DNA of 35,367 nt from Burkholderiaceae bacterium. Lineage in GTDB: Bacteria > Pseudomonadota > Gammaproteobacteria > Burkholderiales > Burkholderiaceae_C. The notes beneath the pieces were generated by a model, which was not told where the DNA came from, made no database searches, and saw nothing but the letters and a program-made list of their open reading frames with translations. The position numbers and the translations under genes are program-made. This document shows positions 10,891 to 19,750 of this stretch, one piece after another (positions within the stretch are counted from its first letter, which is position 1; each line of letters starts with the position of its first letter). The stretch lies in NCBI GenBank assembly GCA_039925165.1, contig JBDSZM010000035.1, positions 1 to 35,367 of the forward strand, read 5' to 3'.

Positions 10891-12147
10891 ATGATGATCT
10901 CAACCCATAAATCCTACGGAGGTTCGTTGACTGCGACCGCACCCACCGGACTGCACCGCGCTTATGCGGGACTCCATGTGCTGGACCTCTCGCAAGGGGT
11001 TGCCGGCCCGTACTGCGCGCAGATGCTGCAGCAGCTGGGTGCCGATGTCGTCAAACTCGAGCCGGTCAGCGGGGACTGGAGTCGCGCCATGGGCGCAACG
11101 CGCGACGGCATCAGTGCGCTGACCATGGCCTACAACCGAGGCAAACGCAGTGTGGCTTGCGACCTGCGCCGGCCTGAGGGCCAGACGATCCTGAACCGCC
11201 TGGCTGAACGTGCCGACATCCTTGTACAGAGTTTCCGCCCGGGTGTCGTCGAGCGCCTGGGGGCAGGCTACGCACAGCTCAGTGCACGCAACCCCGGCCT
11301 CATCTATGTCTCGATCTCGGGCTTCGGGCCGACAGGGCCGTACGCCACGCGGCCGGCAACCGACTCCATCGTCCAGGCCTTGTCAGGCATGGCCGGGCTC
11401 AATCGCGCGGCCGACGGCTCACCTTCTGGGGCTCGCCCCTATGCCGCCGACATCGTCAGCGGGATATACGCCGCCAATGCGGTCGGGGCCGCGCTGTTTG
11501 CCCGCGAGCGCAGCCCGGACCAGGACGGCACGCACATCGATATCAACCTGCTGGCCTGCCTGGCGGCATGGCAGAACTGCTTGCTGCTGGAGCGTGCGTG
11601 GAACGGCAACCAAGAGCCTGTGCCCGCCGCCGTGCCGCAGGGCTTTTTCGAGACACAGGACGGTCACATCGTGCTCGTCGCGCTGGACGACCGAATGTTC
11701 GGATCCATCGCGCAGGTACTGGGTCGACCCGACTGGGCCGACGACGCCACACTGCAGCGGGCCGGCGGGCGGAAGCAGCAGGCCGAAGCCTTGAACCGGC
11801 AGATCGCAGCGATCCTGCGCTCGCGCCCGTCGGCGCACTGGCTGTCGGAATTCGCACGCGCCGACGTCCTGTCAGCGCCGGTTGCCCAGCTTGCGGAGTT
11901 GGCCGACGACCCGCAGGTGCAACACCTGAACCTGCTGCAGCGCATGCCCTCCCCAGACCCGCAGATCGCCTCGTTGCCGTTCGTCGGTCTTCCCGGCGTG
12001 GCACCCGGGGCGCGGCCCGCCCAGGAGAGCGTGCCCGCTATCGGCGCCCATACCGCAGAGGTTCTGCGCGCCCTGCAGTACGACGAATCCACCATTGCCC
12101 GCTTGGCGTCGGAGGGTGTCGTCGCTCTCGCCGCGGCAGGCACCTGA
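10891..12147 (+). CDS. family III CoA-transferase (CaiB/BaiF/Frc type)
   Basis: 418 aa. GLHVLDLSQGVAGPYCAQMLQQLGADVVKLEP is the typical N-terminal signature. ATG 10891 is preferred over the ORF-track GTG 10837. Confidence 0.88.
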   Translation: MMISTHKSYGGSLTATAPTGLHRAYAGLHVLDLSQGVAGPYCAQMLQQLGADVVKLEPVSGDWSRAMGATRDGISALTMAYNRGKRSVACDLRRPEGQTILNRLAERADILVQSFRPGVVERLGAGYAQLSARNPGLIYVSISGFGPTGPYATRPATDSIVQALSGMAGLNRAADGSPSGARPYAADIVSGIYAANAVGAALFARERSPDQDGTHIDINLLACLAAWQNCLLLERAWNGNQEPVPAAVPQGFFETQDGHIVLVALDDRMFGSIAQVLGRPDWADDATLQRAGGRKQQAEALNRQIAAILRSRPSAHWLSEFARADVLSAPVAQLAELADDPQVQHLNLLQRMPSPDPQIASLPFVGLPGVAPGARPAQESVPAIGAHTAEVLRALQYDESTIARLASEGVVALAAAGT

Positions 12148-12178
12148 ATTCACCGAACTTCCAACCCAATGACCTGAC

Positions 12179-13078
12179 ATGGACATCGCTTCGCCATCGC
12201 CATCGCCATCGCCATCGCCAATGCCAATGCCAATGCCATCCCCAGCGTCCTCAGACGTTGCGCCGCTTCGCATCTTGCAGCGCGGCGCCGTCTTTCACAT
12301 CGAGCTCAGTCAGCCCGAGGCCCGAAACCCGCTGGGCCACGACATGATCGCGGCCCTGAACGCAGCGCTCGACGAGGCCGATTCGGGCCCGGCGGTTCGG
12401 GTGCTGCTGTTCACGGCGGCGGGACCCGCCTTCAGCGCCGGCGGCAACCTCGGCAACCTGAACGAACGGCTGCAGGCGCTGCCTGGGCCCGACGGCCAGG
12501 ATCCCATCGCCGTGGGCAACCGGCAGTACGGAAGCTTCCTGGCCCGTTTGACGGCCTCGCCCAAGGTCAGCGTGGTGGCGGTGCAGGGCCACGCCGTTGG
12601 CGGCGGTGCGGGGCTCGTCTGTGCCGCGGACATCAGCATCGGGATCGCATCCGCGCGTTTCGGCTTTCCGGAAACTTCGATCGGACTGGTTCCTGGGCAG
12701 ATCCTGCCCTTCGTTGCAGCGCGCATCGGCGTGCAGGCGGCGCGGCGGCTGATGCTGACCGGTGAGCGCATCACGGCCGCAGAAGCACATCGACTGGGCT
12801 TGCTGGATGAAGTGGTCGACGATGCGCAGGCGCTGGCCAGCCGCACGCGCAGCGTGGTCGAGTCCATCCTGGCCTGCGGTCCGGTGGCCAGCGCCGCCAC
12901 CAAACTTCTGCTGCGCCAAGTGGCCGGTGGCGCCGGCGCCGAAGCGGGCGCATTGACAGCCTACCTTGACGAAGCGTCCCGGGTTTTCGCGCGCCAGATG
13001 CGCAGCGAAGCCATGGAGGGCGTGTCCGCCTCTCGCGCCAAACGCAAACCCCGGTGGGCGGTGCCCGCCGACCTCTGA
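12179..13078 (+). CDS. enoyl-CoA hydratase/isomerase family protein with a low-complexity (SP)5(MP)3 N-terminal extension
   Basis: 299 aa. Crotonase segments AFSAGGNL and VAVQGHAVGGGAGLVCAADI. The true start is ambiguous: ATG 12179 or one of the ATGs inside the repeat at 12221, 12227 or 12233. Confidence 0.85.
   Translation: MDIASPSPSPSPSPMPMPMPSPASSDVAPLRILQRGAVFHIELSQPEARNPLGHDMIAALNAALDEADSGPAVRVLLFTAAGPAFSAGGNLGNLNERLQALPGPDGQDPIAVGNRQYGSFLARLTASPKVSVVAVQGHAVGGGAGLVCAADISIGIASARFGFPETSIGLVPGQILPFVAARIGVQAARRLMLTGERITAAEAHRLGLLDEVVDDAQALASRTRSVVESILACGPVASAATKLLLRQVAGGAGAEAGALTAYLDEASRVFARQMRSEAMEGVSASRAKRKPRWAVPADL
12191..12238 (+). repeat. coding hexanucleotide microsatellite: (TCGCCA)5 followed by (ATGCCA)3
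   Basis: Read directly: tcgcca x5 (12191-12220) then atgcca x3 (12221-12238), flanked by the related units atcgct and tcccca. It encodes SPSPSPSPSPMPMPMP in the hydratase reading frame. Confidence 0.95.
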
Positions 13079-13098
13079 CAGCGACCAGGACCACATCC

Positions 13099-14280
13099 AT
13101 GGCTCAATCCACTCCCACGACAAACGCTGCCACGGACCTCGGGCCGATCCGCGAAGCCGTCGCCGCGCTCTGCGCACACTTCGACGATGCCTACTGGCTG
13201 AAGAAGGACACCGAGGGCGGTTTCCCGACCGAATTCCACCAAGCAGTCGCGCAGGCAGGCTGGATGGGCATCTGCATGCCGCCTGAGTTTGGTGGCGCCG
13301 GGCTGGGCATGCGCGAGGCGGCGACGCTGGTGCAGACGATCTCTGCCTCCGGTGCAGGCATGTCGGGCGCATCGGCCATCCACATGAATGTCTTCGGCCT
13401 GCAGCCGGTAGTGGTGTTCGGTAGCCATGCACAGCAGGCGCGCATGCTGCCGCCGCTGATCGCGGGGCAGGAGCGGGCCTGCTTCGCAGTCACCGAACCC
13501 AGTGTGGGTCTGGACACGACGCGGCTGAAGACGCGGGCCGTGCGCGACGGCGATCACTATGTCGTGCATGGGCAGAAGGTCTGGATTTCGACGGCGCAGG
13601 TGGCCGAGAAGATGCTGCTGCTGGCCCGCACCCGCCCGATCGAAGAATGCGCACGTCCGCAACACGGCCTGTCGCTTTTCTACACCACGCTCGACCGGAG
13701 TCGCGTGCAGGTGCGCGAGATCCACAAGATGGGCCGCGCCGCCGTGGATTCCAACGAGCTGTTCATCGACGGCCTGCGCATTCCGGTGGAGGATCGCATC
13801 GGCGAGGAAGGCCGCGGTTTCGAGTACATCCTCCACGGCATGAACCCGGAGCGCATCCTGATTGCCGCCGAGGCGGTGGGCCTCGGCCGGGCGGCGCTGG
13901 GCAAGGCCGTGCAGTACGCTAAGGAGCGGGTGGTATTCGACCGGCCGATCGGCAAGAACCAGGCGATTCAGCATCCGCTGGCGGAAAGATGGATGCAACT
14001 GGAAGCCGCCGACCTGATGGTCCAGCGCGCCGCCGAACTCTACGACGCCGGACAGGAATGCGGCGCCCAGGCCAACAGTGCGAAGTTCCTGGCCGCCGAA
14101 GCGGGCTACCAGGCCTGCCTGACCGCGGTGATGACGCACGGCGGCTTCGGCTATGCGAAGGAGTACCACGTAGAGCGCTACCTGCGCGAATCGCTGATCC
14201 CGCGCATCGCACCGATCAGCCCGCAGATGATCCAGTGCTACATCGCCGAAAAGGTACTGGGACTGCCCAGATCGTATTGA
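13099..14280 (+). CDS. acyl-CoA dehydrogenase family protein
   Basis: 393 aa from an internal ATG of ORF 13054..14280. FAVTEPSVGLDTTRLKT, YVVHGQKVWISTA, ..RPIGKNQAIQHPLA.., and C-terminal GGFGYAKEYHVERYLRE. Confidence 0.9.
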   Translation: MAQSTPTTNAATDLGPIREAVAALCAHFDDAYWLKKDTEGGFPTEFHQAVAQAGWMGICMPPEFGGAGLGMREAATLVQTISASGAGMSGASAIHMNVFGLQPVVVFGSHAQQARMLPPLIAGQERACFAVTEPSVGLDTTRLKTRAVRDGDHYVVHGQKVWISTAQVAEKMLLLARTRPIEECARPQHGLSLFYTTLDRSRVQVREIHKMGRAAVDSNELFIDGLRIPVEDRIGEEGRGFEYILHGMNPERILIAAEAVGLGRAALGKAVQYAKERVVFDRPIGKNQAIQHPLAERWMQLEAADLMVQRAAELYDAGQECGAQANSAKFLAAEAGYQACLTAVMTHGGFGYAKEYHVERYLRESLIPRIAPISPQMIQCYIAEKVLGLPRSY

Positions 14281-14305
14281 ACTCCATCGAACAAGGACTG
14301 TTGAA

Positions 14306-15508
14306 ATGACTGCACTGGACGGACTGAAGGTTGTCGACCTGTCGCGCGTGCTGGGGGGGCCGTTCTGCGCCCAGATCCTCGGTGACCATGGAGCGCGTGT
14401 GATCAAAGTCGAGGGCCCTGACGGCGACGAGACGCGCACCTGGGGCCCGCCGTTCAAGGACGGCATGGCCTCGTATTTCGCGGGCATCAACCGCAACAAG
14501 GACGCGGTCTGCGTCAACCTGTCGAAGCCCGAGGGCCGCGAGGTTCTGTTCCGGTTGCTGGAAGATGCCGACGTCATGATCGAGAACTTCAAGACGGGCA
14601 CCCTGGAGCGCTGGGGTATCGGCTACGACGACGTGCTGGCGCCGCGCTTCCCGCGCCTCATCCATTGCCGCATCACAGGTTACGGCGACTCCGGACCGCT
14701 GGGCGGTGTGGCGGGCTACGACGCCGCCGTGCAGGCTGTCTCGGGTCTGATGAGCATCAACGGCACGCCCGAGGATCCGCCGACACGACTGGGCGTTCCG
14801 ATCGTCGACGTGAGCACCGGCCTGAACGCGACCATCGGCGTCCTGCTGGCGCTGGCCGAGCGCACCCGCAGCGGGCGGGGCCAGCAAATTGAAGCGACGC
14901 TGTTCGACTGCGCACTCGCATCCTTGTACCCGCACTCGATCAACACCCTGTTCACGGGCCGGCCGCCGCAACGCTCCGGCAATGGTCACCCCAACATCGC
15001 CCCCTACGACAGTTACGCAACGGGCAGCGAGCCGCTATTCCTGGCCGTCGGCAACAACGGCCAGTTCAAACGCTTGAGCGAAGTGATCGGCCGGCCAGAC
15101 CTGCCGACAGATCCGCGTTTCCTCACCAATGCCACCCGTGCCGCGCATCGCTTCGAGCTGCGCACGGAACTGGAATCGGCCCTCGTCGCATTCGAAGCGG
15201 ACAGCCTGTTCGAGAAGCTGATCGCCGTCGACGTGCCCTGTGGCGTGATTCACAACGTGGTCGAGGCGCTGGCGCATCCGCACACCGCGCACCGCCAAAT
15301 GATTGCCGAGGTGGCCGGTCATCGGTCGGTGGCCTCGCCGATCAAGCTCAGCCGCACACCAGCCAGCTATCGCAGCCGGCCGCAGGAGATGGGTGAGTCC
15401 ACCGTCCGAGTGCTACAGGAGGCTGGGCTGGATACGGACACCATCGACAAGCTGCTGGCCGCTGGCATCGTGCACCAGGCCCCTGCGGACCAGGGAACGA
15501 ACTCATGA
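14306..15508 (+). CDS. family III CoA-transferase (CaiB/BaiF/Frc type), second copy
   Basis: 400 aa. [40 protein letters not shown]. Confidence 0.9.
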   Translation: MTALDGLKVVDLSRVLGGPFCAQILGDHGARVIKVEGPDGDETRTWGPPFKDGMASYFAGINRNKDAVCVNLSKPEGREVLFRLLEDADVMIENFKTGTLERWGIGYDDVLAPRFPRLIHCRITGYGDSGPLGGVAGYDAAVQAVSGLMSINGTPEDPPTRLGVPIVDVSTGLNATIGVLLALAERTRSGRGQQIEATLFDCALASLYPHSINTLFTGRPPQRSGNGHPNIAPYDSYATGSEPLFLAVGNNGQFKRLSEVIGRPDLPTDPRFLTNATRAAHRFELRTELESALVAFEADSLFEKLIAVDVPCGVIHNVVEALAHPHTAHRQMIAEVAGHRSVASPIKLSRTPASYRSRPQEMGESTVRVLQEAGLDTDTIDKLLAAGIVHQAPADQGTNS

Positions 15509-16686
15509 GCGTGGATGCACTCATCGTCTCGACGGCTCGCACGCCGATCGGCAAGGCCTACCGCGGTGCATTCAACGACACGCAGGGCACGGTGCTCGGC
15601 GCCCACGTCATCCGCCATGCCGTGATGCGTGCCGGGCTGCAACCCGGCGAGGTTGAAGACGTGGTCCTGGGCACGGCGCGGCCGGAGGGGACCACGGGCA
15701 TGAACATCGGCCGCACGGCTGCGCTGCGCGCCGGCTTGCCGGCGCAGACGGCCGGGCTCACGGTCAACCGTTTCTGCAGCTCAGGGCTGCAGGCCATCGC
15801 CATCGCTGCCAACAGCATCCGCAATGACGGTGTGCCCGTTGCCGTGGCCGGCGGCCTGGACGTGGTCAGCCTTACCGTCAACAGCCACACCAATCTGCAC
15901 CGCCAGCGCGACCCCTGGCTGGAAGAGCAGGTGCCGGGCCTGTATCACTCGATGATCCAGACCGCCGAGACGGTGGCCAGTCGCTACGGCATCACACGCC
16001 AGGCGCAGGATGAATATGGTCTTCGCAGCCAGCAGCGAGCCATCGCGGCGCGCGACGCGGGTGCCTTCGCGCAGGAGATCGCGCCGCTGTCCACACGCAA
16101 GCTGGTCGTCGGCAAGGACGGTAAACAAGACAGCTTTGTATCCGTCGACCTCATCCATGACGAAGGGCTGCGCGCCACCTCGGCGGAGCAACTCGCCGCG
16201 TTGAAGCCGGTGCTGGAAGGAGGCTCGATCACGGCCGGCAACGCCAGCCAGCTCAGCGACGGCGCGTCCGTCTGCGTGCTTGCAAGCAGCCGCTATGCAC
16301 AGCAGCACGATCTCCGGCCCCTGGGCATCGTGCGTGGCTTCGTCGTCGCGGGCTGCGAACCCGACGAGATGGGCATCGGGCCGGTCTTCGCTGTCCCGCG
16401 CCTGCTGGCACGCTGCGGCGTGCGTGCCGACGACGTCGGACTGTGGGAGTTGAACGAAGCCTTCGCGGTGCAGGTGCTGTACTGCCGTGACCGCCTGGGC
16501 ATTCCCGAAGAGCGCCTGAACATCCATGGAGGCGCCATCGCCATGGGCCACCCGTTCGGCATGTCCGGCTCACGGCTGGTGGGACACGCTTTGATCGCAG
16601 GCAAAGCCATCGGTGCGCGCTACGTGGTGGTCACGATGTGCGTCGGTGGCGGTATGGGCGCCGCCGGACTGTTCGAGGTGATCTGA
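15505..16686 (+). CDS. acetyl-CoA C-acyltransferase (thiolase)
   Basis: 393 aa. Active-site Cys context [12 protein letters not shown], then [24 protein letters not shown] and [18 protein letters not shown] overlap with the upstream CoA-transferase. Confidence 0.95.
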   Translation: MSVDALIVSTARTPIGKAYRGAFNDTQGTVLGAHVIRHAVMRAGLQPGEVEDVVLGTARPEGTTGMNIGRTAALRAGLPAQTAGLTVNRFCSSGLQAIAIAANSIRNDGVPVAVAGGLDVVSLTVNSHTNLHRQRDPWLEEQVPGLYHSMIQTAETVASRYGITRQAQDEYGLRSQQRAIAARDAGAFAQEIAPLSTRKLVVGKDGKQDSFVSVDLIHDEGLRATSAEQLAALKPVLEGGSITAGNASQLSDGASVCVLASSRYAQQHDLRPLGIVRGFVVAGCEPDEMGIGPVFAVPRLLARCGVRADDVGLWELNEAFAVQVLYCRDRLGIPEERLNIHGGAIAMGHPFGMSGSRLVGHALIAGKAIGARYVVVTMCVGGGMGAAGLFEVI

Positions 16687-17034
16687 GCCTGCGAACAACG
16701 CCCAGCCGCGCAACCGCGTCCGCTCGTCGCGTCGCGCTCCAGGTGAGCGTCGTCACGCTGACCGCCCGCTCTCCACAACCCCTCGGTTCTTGCCCGCCGC
16801 CATGGCCCGTCGCGCCGCCGCGCAGGCAGCGATTTGGACGTGCGGCGCGAACGCGCCGACGCCTTTGCTTCAGATCACGAGCACGCGCGGACTGTTGCTC
16901 CGCCATCAGCGCGCTCATCTCCGACACGATGCACGAGGCAATCGCGTTGCCATCCCAGGCGCTGCCGTCGGCATCGCGCGTCACTGGCACCACGGCCGGC
17001 CGCGCGGCGATCATTTCGCCCACGCACGGACGAG

Positions 17035-17300
17035 CACGGCTTTCACGCCACCGGCCCATGCGGCGCGATTCGAAAGTACCCTGCCAGGCCGCGGCACGCC
17101 GAGTGCGGGGCAAGCTGCGCGCATCACCGCCCAGTGCGACTGAGCTGGGTCAAGCTGCTCAGGCGGGTGTTCGATCTCGACCTTGAACACTGCCTGGCCT
17201 GCGGGGGCCAGCTGAAGATCATCGCCGCGATCCAGGAACAGCCGGTGATCGCGAAAATCCTCACCCACCTGGGGCTGCAGGCCAGTGCACCGCCGCGTGC
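17035..17300 (+). pseudogene. C-terminal remnant of an IS91/ISCR-family rolling-circle transposase
   Basis: In the frame of ORF 16834, the stretch ..CAHHRPVRLSWVKLLRRVFDLDLEHCLACGGQLKIIAAIQEQPVIAKILTHLGLQASAPPRA matches the conserved C-terminus of IS91-family transposases as I remember it (..RLSWAKLLKRVF.ID.E.CP.CGG.LKIIAAI.E.PVI.KILTHLGL..). The core is 17122-17300. Everything N-terminal of it, more than 300 aa, is absent. Confidence 0.7.
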
Positions 17301-17556
17301 GCTCCCGTGGGTCGCAGCTGCAAGCACCCTGACCGTCTCCTTCCATCGCCATTCAGGCGGCCCTGAGCGGGGGCTACGGGGACCGGCTGCGCCCGGGCTT
17401 CGCGGAGCCGAGGATCGGAGCCTCACTGCACGGGAAAACCCGGAGGCGGCCGCTGCGAACGACGCGCTTCGGGGCTGCGGTCGATCCTCAACAGGCCGCT
17501 GTCGACCCCAAGGGCTGCCCGATGGGAGTCTTGCAGGGGACCCTGGGGAGAAAAAA

Positions 17557-17579
17557 GTGCGTTTGAACTTCCTATCCCC
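17557..17579 (+). mobile_element. oriIS-like terminus of the IS91/ISCR remnant
   Basis: gtgcgtttgaacttcctatcccc lies about 260 bp downstream of the transposase remnant. It is preceded by an A6 run and a small hairpin (caggg-ga-ccctg). It resembles the ISCR/IS91 oriIS consensus I recall (..GCGTTTGAACTTCCTATAC..). Confidence 0.55.
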
Positions 17580-17734
17580 GCGTGGCAATGTCGGTGATGG
17601 GGTTCATTGGCCGCACCCCCGCGAACTTGACCGTGGCGCACAGGCTGCACCTCAGATCTCCACTGACCAACGACCCGGGGAATTCGCCCAGGCGATCAGG
17701 TTTGCATCTGCAGGTCGCACGCACGCGTCACGAC

Positions 17735-18913
17735 TCAGCCCACTTCAAACACCACCTCGTCGGCAATCCAGGCAGGCAGTCCCCGTTCCAGCCGACTTCG
17801 TTCACCCACCGCCTGACCGGCCAGCACGAAGCCAATCGGTGCCTGCGGGTCGCCATACAGGGCCTTCAGTCGCTCGGGACCTGCCTCGAACGTCCAGCCT
17901 CCAGCGTGCTCGCACTGCGGTGGCGCGATGGCCAGCGGCAGTGAGGCAGTCTTGACGATGATCGGCATGGCCGGATAGACCACCGGCGTCGGGTTGCCGG
18001 TCAACGTCTGCGCGAGGGCGCGCGCCGACTTCATGATGGGCATGACATAGGGAAGGATCCGCCCCTGCAACTCGGCGCAATCGCCGATGGCATGGATGTG
18101 CGGGTCCGATGTCTGCATCAGGCGATCGACGACGATGCCGCTGGCTGTGCGCAGGCCGGCGTCATGCGCCATTGCAATGCGGGGTCGCAGACCAATCGCG
18201 CCCAGGACCACATCGACTGACACCGGCAGACCCTGCGCGGCCTGGATTTGGAAGCCGTCGCCAACGCGGTCGATGCGCTGCACGGCGTTGCCGAGCTGCC
18301 AGTGCACCCCGGACCGCGCCATGGCGTCGCGCAGCGCTTCGCTCACCAGCGGGGGCAGCAGCCTGGACAGTGGTAACGGGGCGAGGTCGAATACCGTGAC
18401 CTCGAAGCCCGCGCGCGACAGATCGTCGGCGATCTCGCAACCGATCAGGCCGGCGCCGAGGATTGCCACCCGCTTGCGCGACAGCAGCGCTTGACGCAGC
18501 CGCTCGAAGTCGGTCAGGTCGTTGAGCTGCAGCAGGTCCTCCGGCAACAGGCCGGGAATGCGCGGCTGCACCGGGTCGGCGCCGACGGCCAGAACCAGCT
18601 TGCGGTACCTGACTTCTCGTTCGCCGATGCGCAGGATGCAGCGCGCCGGGTCGATGGCGTCCACGCCGGTGCTGACCGACACGGTGGACGTCAGTTGGGC
18701 GGCCATGGCCGACGCACTGTGCATCACCAGTTGAGCGGCCGAGCGCCCACCCGAGATCGCTGTCGACAGCATCGGCTTCGAATAGAAGGCGCCGTCGTCG
18801 CGGGTCACGATCAGCAACGGGACGGCCTTGTCGAGCTTGCGGATCTCGCGCGCCAGCGTGTACGCCGCCATGCCGCTGCCGACGACGACGATCGGGTCGA
18901 CTTCGGCGGTCAT
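17735..18913 (-). CDS. FAD-dependent ferredoxin-NAD(P)+ reductase component (pyridine nucleotide-disulfide oxidoreductase, rubredoxin-reductase-like)
   Basis: 392 aa from the internal ATG 18913 (MTAEVDPIVVVGSGMAAYTLAREIR). A second dinucleotide fold VAILGAGLIGCEIADDL, and AIGDCAE. ATGA overlap with the ferredoxin stop. Confidence 0.9.
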   Translation of the reverse strand: MTAEVDPIVVVGSGMAAYTLAREIRKLDKAVPLLIVTRDDGAFYSKPMLSTAISGGRSAAQLVMHSASAMAAQLTSTVSVSTGVDAIDPARCILRIGEREVRYRKLVLAVGADPVQPRIPGLLPEDLLQLNDLTDFERLRQALLSRKRVAILGAGLIGCEIADDLSRAGFEVTVFDLAPLPLSRLLPPLVSEALRDAMARSGVHWQLGNAVQRIDRVGDGFQIQAAQGLPVSVDVVLGAIGLRPRIAMAHDAGLRTASGIVVDRLMQTSDPHIHAIGDCAELQGRILPYVMPIMKSARALAQTLTGNPTPVVYPAMPIIVKTASLPLAIAPPQCEHAGGWTFEAGPERLKALYGDPQAPIGFVLAGQAVGERSRLERGLPAWIADEVVFEVG

Positions 18914-19239
18914 GTGGCGGTTCCGCCGCCGTGCAGCAGCACCCGGCCAGCCTGGATCTGGACCCGAAAGGTGCGCAGGTCCACCACGCACGGCGCGCCT
19001 GTCGCCTTCCCGGTGCGGATCGCGAAGCGGCCCATGTGCATGGCGCACTCGATCTCTTCACCGCAGATCGATCCTTCGGACAGCGAGCCGCTGCCGTGGG
19101 TGCAGGCGTCGCTGGTTGCGAACAGGCTGCCGTCCAGGTTGTACAGGGCCACTGCGGAATCGCCGGCGAAAACCTGCACCACGCAGCCTGACGCAAAGTC
19201 GTCGACGGCGCCGACGTCGTAGGGTTTGGAATCGTCCAT
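18910..19239 (-). CDS. Rieske-type [2Fe-2S] ferredoxin component
   Basis: About 109 aa. CTHGSGSLSEG ... CAMHMGRF is a CxH..CxxH Rieske ligand pattern. ATG 19239 lies 1 nt after the beta-subunit stop. The ORF-track start 19248 is a GTG alternative. Confidence 0.88.
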   Translation of the reverse strand: MDDSKPYDVGAVDDFASGCVVQVFAGDSAVALYNLDGSLFATSDACTHGSGSLSEGSICGEEIECAMHMGRFAIRTGKATGAPCVVDLRTFRVQIQAGRVLLHGGGTAT

Positions 19240-19240
19240 G

Positions 19241-19750
19241 TCAGACACAGTAGAAATCGATCATGCCGGGGATGTGGTCGTTGAGCAGTTCACAGCGCCG
19301 TGCCGCGATGCGCCATGGCGACTGCGCATCGGCACGCACGAAGCGGTGCAGCGTTCGCCCGAAGTGCGCATACGAACGGCGGGCGCGCAGATCGTGGATG
19401 TCGCAGTGCAGCGCGGCATGGCAGTGAAAGGCATCAGGCCCGTCGGGCGTGGCGCTGACGTTGGTGTAGGCGTGCAGCGTCCTGCGCGCGATGCTCGACG
19501 CCAGCGAGCGCCCCGATCGCGCACGGGCGACGCGCTCTTCCAGGCCTGACCGGCTCTCGTAGTAGATGAGCGACAGCTCTCGATCGGGGTCGCGCGTGGT
19601 TTCGAAGTCGCTGGTCCACGCCGGCACCCAGTAGACGACGGACGGATGCAGCATCGCCAGCCAGTCGTCCCAGCGCCGCTCGTCGAGTGCGCGCGCTTCT
19701 GCGTACAGCAGTTGCGCCGCTTCGGCGTGGCGCGTTGCGGTGTCGTTCAT
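19241..19750 (-). CDS. aromatic ring-hydroxylating dioxygenase beta (small) subunit
   Basis: 169 aa, the C-terminal part of spurious ORF 19241..20869. It starts MNDTATRHAEAAQLLYAEARALDERRWDDWLAML.., an NTF2/SnoaL-like small-subunit pattern. ATGA overlap with the alpha stop. Confidence 0.88.
   Translation of the reverse strand: MNDTATRHAEAAQLLYAEARALDERRWDDWLAMLHPSVVYWVPAWTSDFETTRDPDRELSLIYYESRSGLEERVARARSGRSLASSIARRTLHAYTNVSATPDGPDAFHCHAALHCDIHDLRARRSYAHFGRTLHRFVRADAQSPWRIAARRCELLNDHIPGMIDFYCV

Noticed and set aside
12191-12238. Possible CRISPR or other spaced-repeat array
   Set aside because: The units are 6 bp, directly tandem with no spacers, and lie inside a coding frame. This is a microsatellite, not a CRISPR array. 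No CRISPR-like repeats were seen anywhere in the window.
12961-14601. 546-aa minus-strand ORF
   Set aside because: It is antisense to the acyl-CoA dehydrogenase and CoA-transferase genes. It has low-complexity composition and no family resemblance.
16631-17113. 160-aa minus-strand ORF with a protein-like central stretch (..VVPVTRDADGSAWDGNAIASCIVSEMSALM..)
   Set aside because: I could not assign it to any family. Its flanks are Arg-rich junk and overlap the thiolase 3' end. It may be a fragment of an unrelated gene, but that is not supportable as a feature.
16834-17955. 373-aa plus-strand ORF spanning the inter-module gap
   Set aside because: Only residues about 68-155 resemble an IS91 transposase C-terminus. 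The rest is Arg/Pro/Ala-rich and runs into the antisense of the reductase gene. It is treated as a pseudogene remnant, not an intact CDS.
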